Shown: in pieces, positions 48,907 to 61,705 of the stretch
Position numbering within the stretch: position 1 is the stretch's first letter
How the letters are laid out: each line of letters begins with the position of its first letter
NCBI GenBank assembly: GCA_010356995.1
Contig: ML996699.1
Span: forward strand, 154,323-218,322
Source: Trichodelitschia bisporula
Taxonomy: Eukaryota
Reading direction: 5' to 3'
DNA length: 64,000 nucleotides
Position numbers and translations under genes: made by a program
The notes under the pieces: generated by a model
Told to the model about the DNA's origin: nothing
Databases searched by the model: none
The model's input: only the letters and a program-made list of their open reading frames with translations

Positions 48907-51900
48907 TGACCACTTGTGCTCAGTGGAGCACGCTACAACATCAAATGACCGTTTCCTCTACCATACACCGCAGAACATTGTTTGCGACGAGGACGAACGA
49001 AGGTGGTATTTGGTTTTGGCCTGGTCGGAGATAAGACGTGGGCTGGGTGGCGAGTGGAGGTTGTTGGGTGGTGGAGGTCGGAGGTGGAGGCGAAGGGAGG
49101 GTTTGCGCGCTTGCGGCCCACCACGGCGTGAGAGCTACGAGTCAAGGAACAACCAGCAGCTGCACAGAGTAAGGCAGGGGCCTCAATGTGTTTTGGAGGG
49201 GTGGCAATATAGTTTGATGTACTATATGCCAGAGAAGCTAGAGGGCGGGAGGGAGCGTGCGCGAATCGGGGTGGTGCGTAGGGTTCCTGTGGACGGATGT
49301 AAGACCCAGGCCTAGGATAGAACGGTAGGAACGAGCGTTGACAGATGGCGAATGGCGAGGGTAGGGATAGAAGGGTGCGTGATGAATTAAGAGTACTTCA
49401 GTGGCGGCATGAGCAGTGGATGGTGTGGTGGTAGGGGAGTTCGAGAGTCCGGGGGATGGGAGGTACGAAGTTGCTGCTAGGAGTGAGGAGGGAGGGGAAG
49501 AGGGAAGGGACGTTGGGAGGGGGTGGGGGTGGATGGGAGTGGGAGAAGAAAGAGGGATTGGGATCGGATAGAAGGATATCCCAGTTCAATAATCAAAGAT
49601 CAAACAGCGACGCCAAAAGAGGCGAGGAAGAAAGAAAGCAGAGGAGGATGGGGAAAAGAGAGAGAAAGAGATGAAGATGAGAGAAATGCGCGAAAGGCCA
49701 AAGGACATTAGACAGATCGGGCTAGCTATGCCAGACTAGCATGGACCTCTACCACGGGCTTATCCGTCCTTGAACGGGGGTGGGTGTAGAATTGAGAGAA
49801 GTCTTGATGCGTTGTGTGCGTGTGTGTTGCGACAACGCCAGGTGGGGTATGCACTTTCGTGCATACGTACAGACACGATACAGTTAACTGCTACTAGCCT
49901 TTACAAGATGAGAGAAGCTCTTCTGCACGAGGAACAAGTGAGGAAATACGGAGCGGAGGAAGCGGAGACACCCTAAGAGACGCGATGGTGACAAGGGTGC
50001 CACGGGTCGGTGGCGTTCGGGGCGAGGATGAGGAGTGGAGGGAGGGGGTGAAGGAGGAGGGGAGGGGAGGGGGAGGGGGGATAAGAAGCGGGAGGGGTTT
50101 TGATTCATCCACAGTCCACATGGGCAGTATGCACTGCGATCTCCTTACCAGATACACACCCACACTCTTACCCAGCCACATCCCCACCAAAAACACTCCT
50201 CGTGCATCGCGGGAGGATTTGAGACCTGAAGGATTGAGTTGAGAAGCAAGATGCAGAATGTGTTGACGTGAAAGCTGTCAAGCTTCCTTCCATTCCTTCC
50301 GCTCATTCCCCTTCTAAATTCGGCTTGTCCAATGTAGGAAGCTCTTCAATCGGTAATCCCAGGTCTCGATGCATGCTGATCCTGTTCATACCCGTACCTC
50401 GTACTCCCTACAGCATGTCAAAGGCTTAGGAGTACGTACAGTACTCTCTTCTATCCACCTATCCATACCCAGCCATCACTGCGCTCATCCCCATGCATCT
50501 CATAGGTAGCTAGCTCTCATGCCGGCGGCCCCTCTCTCTCGTATCGTGACGGGCTCCTTCACGCAGTCTTACAGTAGCTCCAATCCCACCTGAAGAGGGT
50601 ATGCGTGAAGATGCTTCGTCAGGTTCATAAGATCCAATAAACGCTCCTCGCTTGGACAGTCTGACGTCGATATCCCTACATTCCCCCTCCCCCACGCTCT
50701 GCTTCTCCACACGTCTCCCCAATCCAACCACGGCTCACCCAAACACTAGGCTCGGCATGGGAGAGCCTGTCGCCATCTGCAATAAAACCGCAGATATATC
50801 CCCCATCTTGCCCGTCCACACCTTCCTTATCCCCACAAACTTCTTGCGTTCCCTTTCGCCTCCGAACCTAACCCTCATCTGCCCTACGCCCACGACCTTA
50901 CTTTCCCAATCCCCAGTCTCCATTCCCGCGATCAACCCTCCCACTTGGTCTCCGCAATCCTCGCCCTGTCGGTCTACCCGCAACCCATGAGAAAAAGCCC
51001 ATGAAGGAACTACCCGTGCCGTGCCCCAGTGCCCCACCTTCTCGCGCCGCCCCTCTCCATGCCAGACAGAAAGACGCCAGCTCTCGAGCCCCCCGGTTGC
51101 CCCACATATCGCGGCGCCTTAGCCCGTCACCGCGACTGCTTCCCGCTTATTTTTTCTGTCTCTCAGATGACGCCCTCGCCCGCTCTAAGATTGCTGTCTG
51201 TGACATCTGAGGCTGAAGCTGAACGGGATGAGCAAAAGGCTAATATACCCGCAAGGCAAACGTCTTTTCAAACCCTTCCGCAGAGCGCGGTAATAACGGT
51301 CCATTTTGCAACCTTCCCCCCGTATGCCGCACAACCCGTGGCTTTATTCCCTGATCTACCGGCACGGTGCGTTTCAAGTAGACCCGGGCAGCGCGCACGT
51401 TTTCTTGCTCACCATCCCCCTTGCGGATCTCCCTCCCCCTCCCCTCGCCTCCCTTTCCCCGCGAAACGTGGCCTGCAGGTCTCGCGCAAGCGCCAGCCTC
51501 CGCTCGTGGACGTCCGTCGCAAAAGGCGCCTTAGCCGTCGGTAAGCCGAAACCCTTGAACCAGAGAAAGATAGCAACTCTCTTTTTCCCCCAGTCGCGCG
51601 CCCTTTCCGCCAGACATGGAGGCAAAACAAAATAATTCTCACAAGCCAACTGGATCCTGCGATTTGCGCCTCTGACCGCAAATGTGCGCGGCGCGTCGGC
51701 GGCAGCAAGCCTCCGTTCACATCTTGCAGCCTGGCTGCATCCCGCAGATGAAGCCTCTCAATTTTGCCCAGCGCAATCTGCCACCATGCCACGAGGAGAC
51801 CGAAGCCGCGCCCGTATTGCATGTGCTGGGATTGGTCGCCTTTTTCTGGGCGTCCATCATCTCCAGTGCGTGATGGTGTTTTGGCGTCAGAAGAGAGACT

Positions 51901-54900
51901 GAGGCTCATTGAATGAATCCTTTGTTGCGATCAGAGACGGGTTAGGACGTTGGCCTTGCGCACTGCATCTGCAACATAACCAATGATGATCCTTACGCGC
52001 CCACCGTACCGAGATCCGCAGGCTCCCGTGCTTCTCGAAGAAATGACTCCGCCGAATCTTTCCGGTAAGCAAGCTCATTACCGCATCCGTCCCCCCTCGC
52101 CATCTCCACAGCTTCGGCCTCGTGGCACTGGCGAGGATAATAGGGGCAAAAGGGGAAATCTTCTGGAAGGTGCAACGTGGAAGGGCCAAGACTGTCTCAA
52201 ACAGTGGCACGGACGGGCTCAGTGTGTGAGAATGAGAGCACGGACGGTAAAAATACCTCATTCCCTCGGGTTGGCCGCTTCATGGCACGGCTCTTTTTGT
52301 GTTACCGTGTCCCTTGTGCCTTGTTGGCGTATTTTTTTGGGGGCCTCCTTACGAGATGGATGAGTGGCCTGGCCGTTCGCAAATCGACCGCCATCGGGCT
52401 GGGGGCTGAGACAAGGGCGACTGTGACGTTAATATCCCTGTGCACCAGTGTTGGAAGTGCAAAGCTTCGTGCTTGGGTGCGTACGGAGTACTAAGCACAG
52501 GGAGCTTAGCTGCAGCAGGCTGCAGTCACTTACAGCCGTGAAGCTGGAGACGAAAAGGCGGAAGAAGGATCACGAGTTGATGTTGATCTCGCTGTTGTGC
52601 GACATTCGATGCTTTCCAGAAGCGGGGGCCTTTGAGGCCAATGCGGAGAAGGCGCAAATTAGGTTCTCCATGTCGAAAAAAGCAGTTGACGATTGGATTG
52701 CTCGATCACGGATGCCGATGTTGCTTCGTACCGTAAATGCCGGCAACCGGGACGAAGGAGGCCGGCGTCAAGAAAGCTGGATGGCTGCAGGCCCGAAGGA
52801 TTTTTGCGGGCTGCCTAAACTGTGATCCTTCTGTTGTCGAATTGGAAGCGCCATTTCCTCGGAGTTGGTTCTTTGTGGCCTCGGTATCAAAATCGCCAAC
52901 CGCCAGCCCCAACTTCATCTCCTGCATCGTCACAACTCCTGGTTCAACTGATAATCAAGTGGAACTTCGAGATAAGAACGACCCAGCAACCAGGACAGAC
53001 CAGTCAAAGGCCATGAGATTCGCATCACCCAAAGAAAAAACCGTCGTTGGCATCTCTACTCTTTTCCCAACTCCCTGACTCGCGATGCAGGCCCAAGGCT
53101 TGTACCACACCCTCGGGTCCGCCGGTCCAACTCTATATTCGCCACGTGAGCCTTCAAACTTCCCACTGCACGCCGTCAGGCCGCGCGCGCACAACCACGC
53201 CTATTCGGCGAATATTGCAAATGCGGTGAGCACCGCATGCCGGTGATTGACTCGCTCCCATCCGAGCCCTCACGATCCAGTCGTCTCCCTCACGGCAAGC
53301 CCAACCCTCAGCAATCGCCTGCACCTCCCCCGGCCCCACCTTCGGTCCGGCCTCGTATTTGGCCCAAACATCGCTTCCCCCGATACCAACCCCGTTCGAT
53401 ATGGCCGTCGTCCATTCTGCCTTCCCATCGCAGGCCGCGTTTGTCGACTCGTCCTCAGGCTGATTGAAGCGTCGCTACGGGAGCCCCAATCGCGGTCCGA
53501 GTTGGCCGTTGTTAGGCCCGCGCGCGGGTGGATCCCCTGGCCCAAGCTTGAGAGGTAGGGTTCGGAAGGCATCCGCTAACGCCACTTGCCCCACTGCGCT
53601 CCCACCTGGTGAGGGTGAGACGTGTGGGATACACAGCGCTTCCCGAGGGCGCTGCCCGAGATTGGCTCGCGGGTGCTTCCTTCTAGAATCTGATCTTGTT
53701 GCTGCTGTGCGACGTGGGGATGCGAGGAGATTGGCTCGCGTTGCAGTGCTGGCTGTAGCTATCCGTATTGTGAAATGGAGCTGTGATGGAATATTCCGAC
53801 TTCTCATGGAACTTTCCGTAGTTGGTACGTAAGGACGCGGAAAGCGGCCTCGCAAAGATGCAAAACGCGGCAGCAAGACGAAGACGCGTACCGGAGTAAT
53901 CTTCGCCTTCCGAGATGCTTCGGTTGACTTGCGGTCAGGTCTCCGGGATCCGCATATTAACGTTTCGCTCCCTACGGGTACCTGTAATGCGAACCCGATA
54001 CAGATAGCCAGCGCCCACCTCGCCCTTCGCTTCCGCAATGGCAATGCGACTTCCGCCCTACGTAACCGTTCGCGAACCTCCCGAGCTCGTATCCTCACCG
54101 TACCGGTACGCACACCATCCCAATAGAGCCAGATCCTCGTCGAACCACCCGCCCCTCGGGATCCTCATCGCACAACTGCTCCTCGCGGAAAACAGGCCGC
54201 GCACCGTGCAACATCCCTCCCCAAGAAGAGGGCTTAACGGCCGCCCGGCCACTCACTCGGAAGCAGCACAGCGGCATCGCCAACCCCGCCACCCATCTCC
54301 CATCTTCTTAACCCGCGCTCGCTAAGCTTAATCCCCGCCCCCAACCACATTTATTCCCGAGCCACAATTCCGTCCTCGACGATCATCACCACGAGCGCAG
54401 TGTGCGCAGCTCTTCATCACTCCCACACCTCTCGCCCTAAACCGGCCTCAAAGCCGATCCGCAGTCCAGACCCGACCACCAGCCTGCCCCACATCCACCC
54501 CGAGGCCGCCCCACGCCCATCCTCACAAGGCGGTGTAACGCATTTTTCCCAGCCGCCGCACACGCATGCGCAGCTCTCCACGCCCGCCAAGCCGGGACGT
54601 CCGGAGCCTTGGCTCCTGTATACATATCTCCGGGTCCTAAGCCGGACGCCGGAAAGCCGATGGCTATATCCCGATTCTGCTTCAGAGATACGGTACAGCT
54701 AATTGCGTATCCGCCATAAGGCGGGCCTGTTCCGCGCACCATTGAAGGTTCGTCCCGCGCCCGACTTTCTTGGCGTGCGCTGCCGGATGCGCCTCCGGCG
54801 CGGGCGTGCGTTGGTCCGCGCGCCGGGCGGCCTCTCAGTCTCGGGTCCGAGGGCAGATATGCCGGAGAAATGGGTTTGTCCGGTAGGTTCTTACGGTTCG

Positions 54901-55686
54901 CGTCCATTGTAGACGCGGTTCGCGTCAGCCTTGGGCTCCTGGCAGGAGAAGTTTCTTTTGCGCGGCTGGCGGCAACGCGGCGCTTACGCGGGTTCAGCCT
55001 TGTCACCCGGGAACCGTAGGATTCTTCCCTGGCTTGGCGTGGTTGCACAGCGTGTGATTTGGGGCGCGGGGTGCATGTGCTCATGGGTGGTTTGCGGGAA
55101 GGTGAGGATTTTTGGGCATCGACGGGGATGGCGCATCAAAAGGATTGGTGTTGGGTTGTGCGGAGTGTGAGTTGAGGCCCAAGGGGCCGGCGGTGGATCA
55201 CGGTTGCCTTGGCGGAATGTTTTATGGGATTGGTCAATGGTCGAAGGATCCGATGGAGTTTGAAAGCCACGATAATCCTTCTGGCTGGCTCGTGCATGCC
55301 TAAAGAAAATGGGACGTGTCTGATTTTTGCAGTCATTGCCAAGGCTATGATGCCACTTCCGGAAGTTATGTTTTCATTGCCACGCACATGGAACATTCCC
55401 AGAGGCTTCCAGTTCCATTGGATTACATTTGAGGCGTTGCTCGTGCTTTGTGGAGTGGCTCTGAAAACCCATAGAACCTCTTTGTTTCGTTTCTTTGGAG
55501 GATTATGAGCCCCAGAGATCGGATCAGCATAAAGATCAAGAACCACAAGGAGGCCAAAATGAATGACCAGAAACCGGTATTTTCCAAGTAGAGTTACAAG
55601 CTACGGGTTCGACCTCAGTACTTGTACAATGAAGAGCCCTGGGTATGCCATGCGAACGAAGCTTGAGAATGTATGCACAGGACCTT

Positions 55687-57545
55687 TCAATGGCGCAGAG
55701 CCTCGATATCAACAACCTATGGAGTTAGCTTCCGTCCACCTTGGGGCCAAAAACTCACCTCCTTGACGGCCTCCGTCGTAAACACCAACGGGCTCGTCTC
55801 CCTCACGCAAACACTGTCCTCAATCCTAATTCCCATTCCGCGGAACGCTTTCGGCCACCGCTCATCATCAGGCACATAAATACCAGGCTCGATCGTCACA
55901 CAATGGCCGGAGAGCAGCGTCTCCGTTCGGGGATACCCAGGCGAATCGTGCACGTCCAGGCCGATGTAGTGGCTTAAATGGTGCGGGAAAAGCGTCTCGA
56001 GCGCGCCACCCGTCATGTCGAAACCGAGTTGCTTGAGTGACTCTTTGAGACCCGTCTCAGCCATCCGGTGCAGCTTGTCGAGTGTGGTTTGGGCGTCCTC
56101 ACGGCAGAGAGAAACGCATTGCCTCTGCACGGTGAGGATAGCGGTGTATAGATCCTCTTGCGCGGTAGAGAACTGGCCACTGCTAGGCCATGTGCGTGTG
56201 ATATCAGCGATATAACCGCCATATTCCTGCAGTAAGTTAGACAGCCACTCCGTGGGAATAGTTCGCAGAGAACATACGCCACCGGCATCCACGAGAATCA
56301 TATCATCCGGACTGCAGCTTGTTAGCATGCATCAAGGGCTCAGTCGTACCACCAACCGAATGACATCATTGTTGCGAACATAGTGAATGCTCAAAGCGTT
56401 CTGAACTGGTCAGCTGGATTATGCAAGAGCAAGATTGCCCACCTGTCCAGCCGCAATGACTGGCACATATGCCGGCCCATCGCAACCGTTAATTTTGAAC
56501 TGATAGTCCAAAAAAGCAGCAAGGTCTTTCTCCTTGCTAAAGGATCGTCGCATGGCATCAGTGATTGCTCTGCCCGAAATTTGCCCAGCCTTGCGCATAT
56601 TGACAATCTCAGCCTCGCTCTTCCTCGCTCGTAACTGGTTCAACAGCGGTCTGAGCGGTTCCACAACTCCAGTGGATTCATTGAATGCCTTTGCAATGCC
56701 ATTAGACGCCCTCAGTGGCATGCCACTCAGATAACGTGCAAACTGGCTTGAGGTCTGGAAACTTCGAGGAAGGTCTGTAAAGATTTTCTCCGCTCCATTG
56801 AGGATCTCTGGGAGCTCCCCCTCAATCTTTCCGATATCGCTTGCCTGCAAAATGCTTAGAGCGGATACTGGGAAACCGTGCAACACACCTCGTCAGCATT
56901 GAAGACATCCAAGGCTGCCTGAACACCCGATCGTGCTCCCTCCCAGAGCTCAGATCGTGGATTATTAGGCCGCACAAAGAGATGGAACACGGGTTCTGAT
57001 GATCTGTTTGCTGCTGAAGATTAGCAATCAGCTGACATCGATGAAAGGATCTTACCGATAACAGCTACCGCCTCAGGCTCATTGAATCCTACCGGGCTGT
57101 CAGTGCAACCCGGAACCGTACGCTAGGAATTGAAGTTACCCGTCAGGTAGAAGAAATCTGGGTCTTGATGGAACTCATAGAATACGGCGCCGGAGCGGTA
57201 TTTTATATCAGCTGCAGGGATGATGGCGACGGAGTTTTGAGGTAGTAGCCGAGCGAGGCTGTCCCGGCGTTGAGCATATTCTAGGGCAGATATGCCTGGA
57301 GTGACTAGAATCGAAGATGAGTGTCAATGCTGACAGAAGTGGTAGAGATACTACAGAATTTCCTAACCTTCACCTGGCCCGAGGATGTGCGGATGCGTCT
57401 CATAGACAGGCTGGCCAAACTTCAGATCGGCGGCAGAGATTGTACCATTCCGCCTTGCGGTACCACATTTCAGATAGCGGATCGAACTATTCCATGATCG
57501 TACTGGCCGGGCGGCGAGACGTAGGTGTTGAAGAGGCCATGACAT
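55687..57545 (-). CDS. ICP55: Mitochondrial Xaa-Pro aminopeptidase (M24B), intermediate cleaving peptidase 55
   Basis: Arg-rich presequence, FGQPVYETHPH, FHQDPDFFYLT, LVDAGG, DITRTWP, HYIGLDVHD, TIEPGIY, GIRIED. Multi-exon; last exon VVDIEALRH*. Confidence 0.92.
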
Positions 57546-58075
57546 GCCTCGATCGGGGGAAGTGATCAATTTGGAGGTTGAAGAAGGAGATTATGTGAGG
57601 GAAGTCAGATGACAAGGAGCTGTGGGGAAGGGGGAATGGTTGAATTGCATCTGCATTGCTTTGCTATCCTGCGAGGGGACGTCGAGTTTGGCTCGGGGGT
57701 GGTTCGCGGGAAGCTCTTATCGATAAACCACCAAATCAGGCTACCGAAGCAGGGAGATGAAGTGGGGGCTGCATCGAGGTTGCAGGTTGCCCCGCCGTCG
57801 CACATGTTTGCCTCATGCGCCTGATACTGTGCCAGCACCAACCAAGACGAAGGAACGACGATGGCCGGAGGGTTGGAAGTCTAAGCTGCGTCCTCCTACC
57901 TGCTCGGCTGGGGAAATCGTCCATAAGTAGCAGCCCTTCCTCCTCTTTCTCACCTTCTCGAATGCTCACTTCTCATCACATCCTCCGCTTCACGACACTC
58001 TCAATTGTTCCACCTTTTGTCTTCACGCCTTTGTCCTTTATCAACTTACTCTTGCCAACTCGGCGTTTCACCACT

Positions 58076-59064
58076 ATGGCCTCCAAACCAATCCCCGGCA
58101 TTAAGCAAGAGGACATCGAATCCTTCCATGAATTCATCCCGAATTGCACCCGCGTACTGGCCCTCATCGGAGCGGGCCTCTCAGCCTCCTCCGGTCTTGC
58201 AACATTTCGCGGCGTTGGTGGCCTGTGGAGAAACCATGATGCAATGCAACTTGCAACCCCAGAGGCCTTCCAGGCGAACCCAGCTCTTGTCTGGCGTTTC
58301 TACTCGTACCGTCGACACATGGCGTTGAAGGCGAATCCCAACCCCGCACATTATGCACTAGCCGAGTACTCGAAGAGGATGAACGGAGGTTTCCACTCCA
58401 TATCTCAGAACGTCGACGGTACAGTGCATATCTCTCGTAGCTGCGCACACTAACGGACGTCAAAGGTCTCTCTCCTCGCGCCGGCCACCCCAGCGAGTAT
58501 CTCCATCTGGTGCACGGCTCCCTTTACGATGTCAAGTGCACGAATTTCTTCTGCAGCTACATCGAAAAAGGTAACTATGCCGACCCCATCGTCCCGGCTC
58601 TTGATCTACCGGCCGACGAGTCAGACCCTACGACCATTGATGCCCTCGCCACACGTCAAGTGCGTGAACTGGACATTTCCGACGCGTCGGTACAACTCCC
58701 TGAAATTGCTGAGAAGGACCTGCCTCACTGCCCGAGCTGTAACGAGGGCCTCCTGCGTCCAGGCGTTGTCTGGTTTGGCGAGTGGCTTCCGGACTCGGTG
58801 ATCAATGACATAGACAACTTCATCAACGCTGGACCCATCGACCTGATCATGGTAATCGGAACCGGTGCAAAGGTATACCCAGCCGCCAGCTACGTTATCA
58901 AGGCGCGGAGTAAAGGCGCCCGGGTGGCGGTGATCAACACTGACCCGGACGATGAGCCGCCGGGTGGGATGAAGAAGGGGGACTGGTTCTTCAATGGCGA
59001 TGCTGCGGCCGTTCTTCCTGAATTGCTTAGGCCGATTATTGGAGAGCTTGCGGTTCCGACATAG
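58076..59064 (+). CDS. Class III sirtuin (SIRT5/CobB-like NAD-dependent deacylase)
   Basis: GAGLSASSGLATFRG, FYSYRR (YxxR), SQNVD, HGSL, two Cys pairs (CTNFFC, CPSC), RPGVVWFGE, VIGT..VYPAA. Intron 58419-58465. An in-frame upstream ATG lies at 57962. Confidence 0.93.
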
Positions 59065-60159
59065 AAGCTGATTTGGGCTTCTGGTGTCTCGACAGCGGCG
59101 TTTCTCTCCGCTTTCGGCGATGATCTGGCGCAGGGATGATACGTTGAAGAGTTTATGTCGATGTCAGGCGACTACTAAGGGCCGAGAAAAAGTTTAACAT
59201 GTGGTTGACAATTCGTCATTACGATGGTATGGATTATGAGCGGATGTGGTGCCGGGAGTTTATGGGGCGTAATAGGGCTAATCGGCTGCCGTCTAGTAAT
59301 AGGAGAGTAATAGAACCAATTACGAGCAAGGCTCTTGACCATCATGGCGCGAACTGCTATCCGGAAAGCACCTGAGCCCCCAGGTCTGCCCCAAAGTAGC
59401 GTGCAACCACCCATCATCAACCGTACTCCCCCGCCGAGCAAATCGCCCCAATCTAGGCGCCTTCCCTGCACCCTCGTGGCACCTCTGTGGCCGCCGGGTT
59501 GGGTCACTGAGGTCTTGGGATCCGGGTAGCATCGCGAGACCCTTGGCGGCGACGGCAAAAACGGGTAATTAGCAGGTGCGAGGTATAGATGGCAATCTGC
59601 GATAGGGGTGTGGGGGGGCGGGGCGGTTGATTAACTGTATCTCGCTGGCTTGATTTCCGATACTCTGCCCGCACCACGACATGTGAGACCGAGAAGCAAT
59701 GAGCCCCGCGCTCCCCGGAGGAGGGATGGGCGCGGAATGTCCGTGGCTGGAGATGGGGGGCATGGGAGTGTCAGGGGGCGTGGGCCCGTGATGGGGTGGG
59801 ATTGCTGGGGTGGGAGGTGGGATGATTGCGCGATGGGGGACGGAGAAATTAGAGTTGGGGATGGGGCGTGCGGAGGGGGGCTCCGAAATATGCGAGATGG
59901 CCTTTGCGGGCCTCGCGTGGGAGGGTTGCCGCTTTTGGACGAGATGGGAAGTTTGTATGTGGGGGAGCGCTGCTTTGGGAAGGGGACGGACATCTCACTG
60001 CTGTGGACTACGAACTGGGCTGCTTTGATCAAAAGAAGTAAATTTTTGTACACAAGGCTTCAACTGCGAGTTATCGCAGCAGAACGAAGAAATAAGAAGC
60101 AAGACATCACGCGGCCGCCCTGGCGGATTTCTGGGAATAGAGATACAAGTGCCAGAATG

Positions 60160-61705
60160 CTAATAAGGGTAATCAAAAGCGATAAGTGAGCCTACGATGC
60201 CCATCACCTCGTCCAGCTCGCCCTTCTTGTTCTTCATTCTGCGTCGGAGTTAGCTATTACGGAAAAGGGGCAGAGAGGAGAGAGCATACCCCGCGTGGGC
60301 GGTGAAGTCGTAGTTTGCCCGGATATACAGCGAATCGCCCTTCTTGATTGGCACGGGGTCGGTGTAGAAGCAACCCTCCTGGACGTCGATGTGCTCGATA
60401 TCCGTATTGGTATGGTTCCCCGCGCGCAACTGGCGCTTGTCGTGGCCCATGCCGCCCATGCCATGTCCGCCCATGCTGTAATGCGGATAGCTAATGCATA
60501 TGCGCTGATCGTTCTTGAACACCTCGGTGCTAGTACCGCCGTCGTGCATATGGCCGTTGGAGCCCATAATCCAACCATTCTTGCGACTAACCCAGGGAAT
60601 CGAGTACTCGGTGAAGACGGTGCGGACCGGCTGCTGCGACTTGGTGAGGTTGGTCTGGCCGAAGGGATTGACGTCAGGGACGCCGCTGCAGCGCGGCGGG
60701 CCGATGGATGTCCAGACGACCTTGCCCTCCTTGTACTCGGCGGGGAAGCCGTCGATGACGTCGTAGGTCAGCGTCAGCCACGTCCATTTCTCCTTGTCTT
60801 CCATGTTCATCAGCTCCGTGTTGATGAGGAAGGTGTCGCCGGCGCGCAGGTGGTAGCCGGACTTGATGGACGAGTTTTGCAGGGTGAAGTCGATGTCAGT
60901 GCGCTCGTTACCCGTCTCGAAGAGGTGCTCCATGTACCCTTGAAGTCCGTCTGGGCACACGGCGTCCCGAACCTGGAAGCCGAAGTTGAGCACCACCGCA
61001 TGGTGGAGCCAGGCCTTAGACGTTAGTTTGGTCGGTTCAAGGCACTAAGACACCTACCCCATTCGCCTGTTTAGCAACAGTACCATCCGCATATTCCAGG
61101 GAAGCACCAAGGCGCAAAAGAATGCAGTCTCCAGTACACGGCTTTTTCGCATTGACCTTAATCGTGTCCGTCAGCCCGGACGTGTGCGTCAACTGCGACT
61201 CGAGGTTTTTCTCCTATTCCCCATCAGCTTCGATTTCCCTCCGCTCTTTCCACAAGACGTACAGAGGTCGGAGGGATGCGATACGGCCCATAGCGAATCT
61301 TGTGACGTGTCGCGCCGTTTAAAAGTGGACTCTTCGATGTCTGAACCTCCGGTACTGGGGAAGTTGGCCTTGGTGTGTTCCATAACTGAACTTCGTTGAG
61401 AAGCGAGCCCAGCAGGGCGACCGTGACAGGGTCTGACTGCCGCTTGTTCAAGTCGGACAAGCCGAGCTTGCTCTTCAGCGCCGGTGATGCATTTTGCAGA
61501 CGTGCCTCCAGAATCATTCGGCCTTCCGCTCGTCAGCATGCGCCTTGAACCATGGATATTTCCTCAACCTACTCCTTGACGGCAGCGACTGCAATAATGT
61601 GTTCAGAACGTTGGTCTTCGCAAACCGCGCCTCTGCAGTCTGCTCCACGGGCACCGCCGTGACCGCGTACACGCAGAGAGAAACAAGCAGGGTCCGTAAC
61701 CTCAT
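60160..61705 (-). CDS. Secreted uncharacterised protein with PHM/DBH-like copper-ligand motifs, 5 exons
   Basis: Signal peptide MRLRTLLVSLCVYAVTA, then KIRYGPY, LEYADG, AWLHH, ELMN, GHMHDGG, VMGI. Four introns with branch sites (first 61523-61572) keep one frame to TAG 60160-60162. Confidence 0.8.

Noticed and set aside
59600..59990. G-tract region as a specific G-quadruplex element
   Set aside because: Similar G runs occur in many intergenic and 3' regions here, so it is not distinctive.
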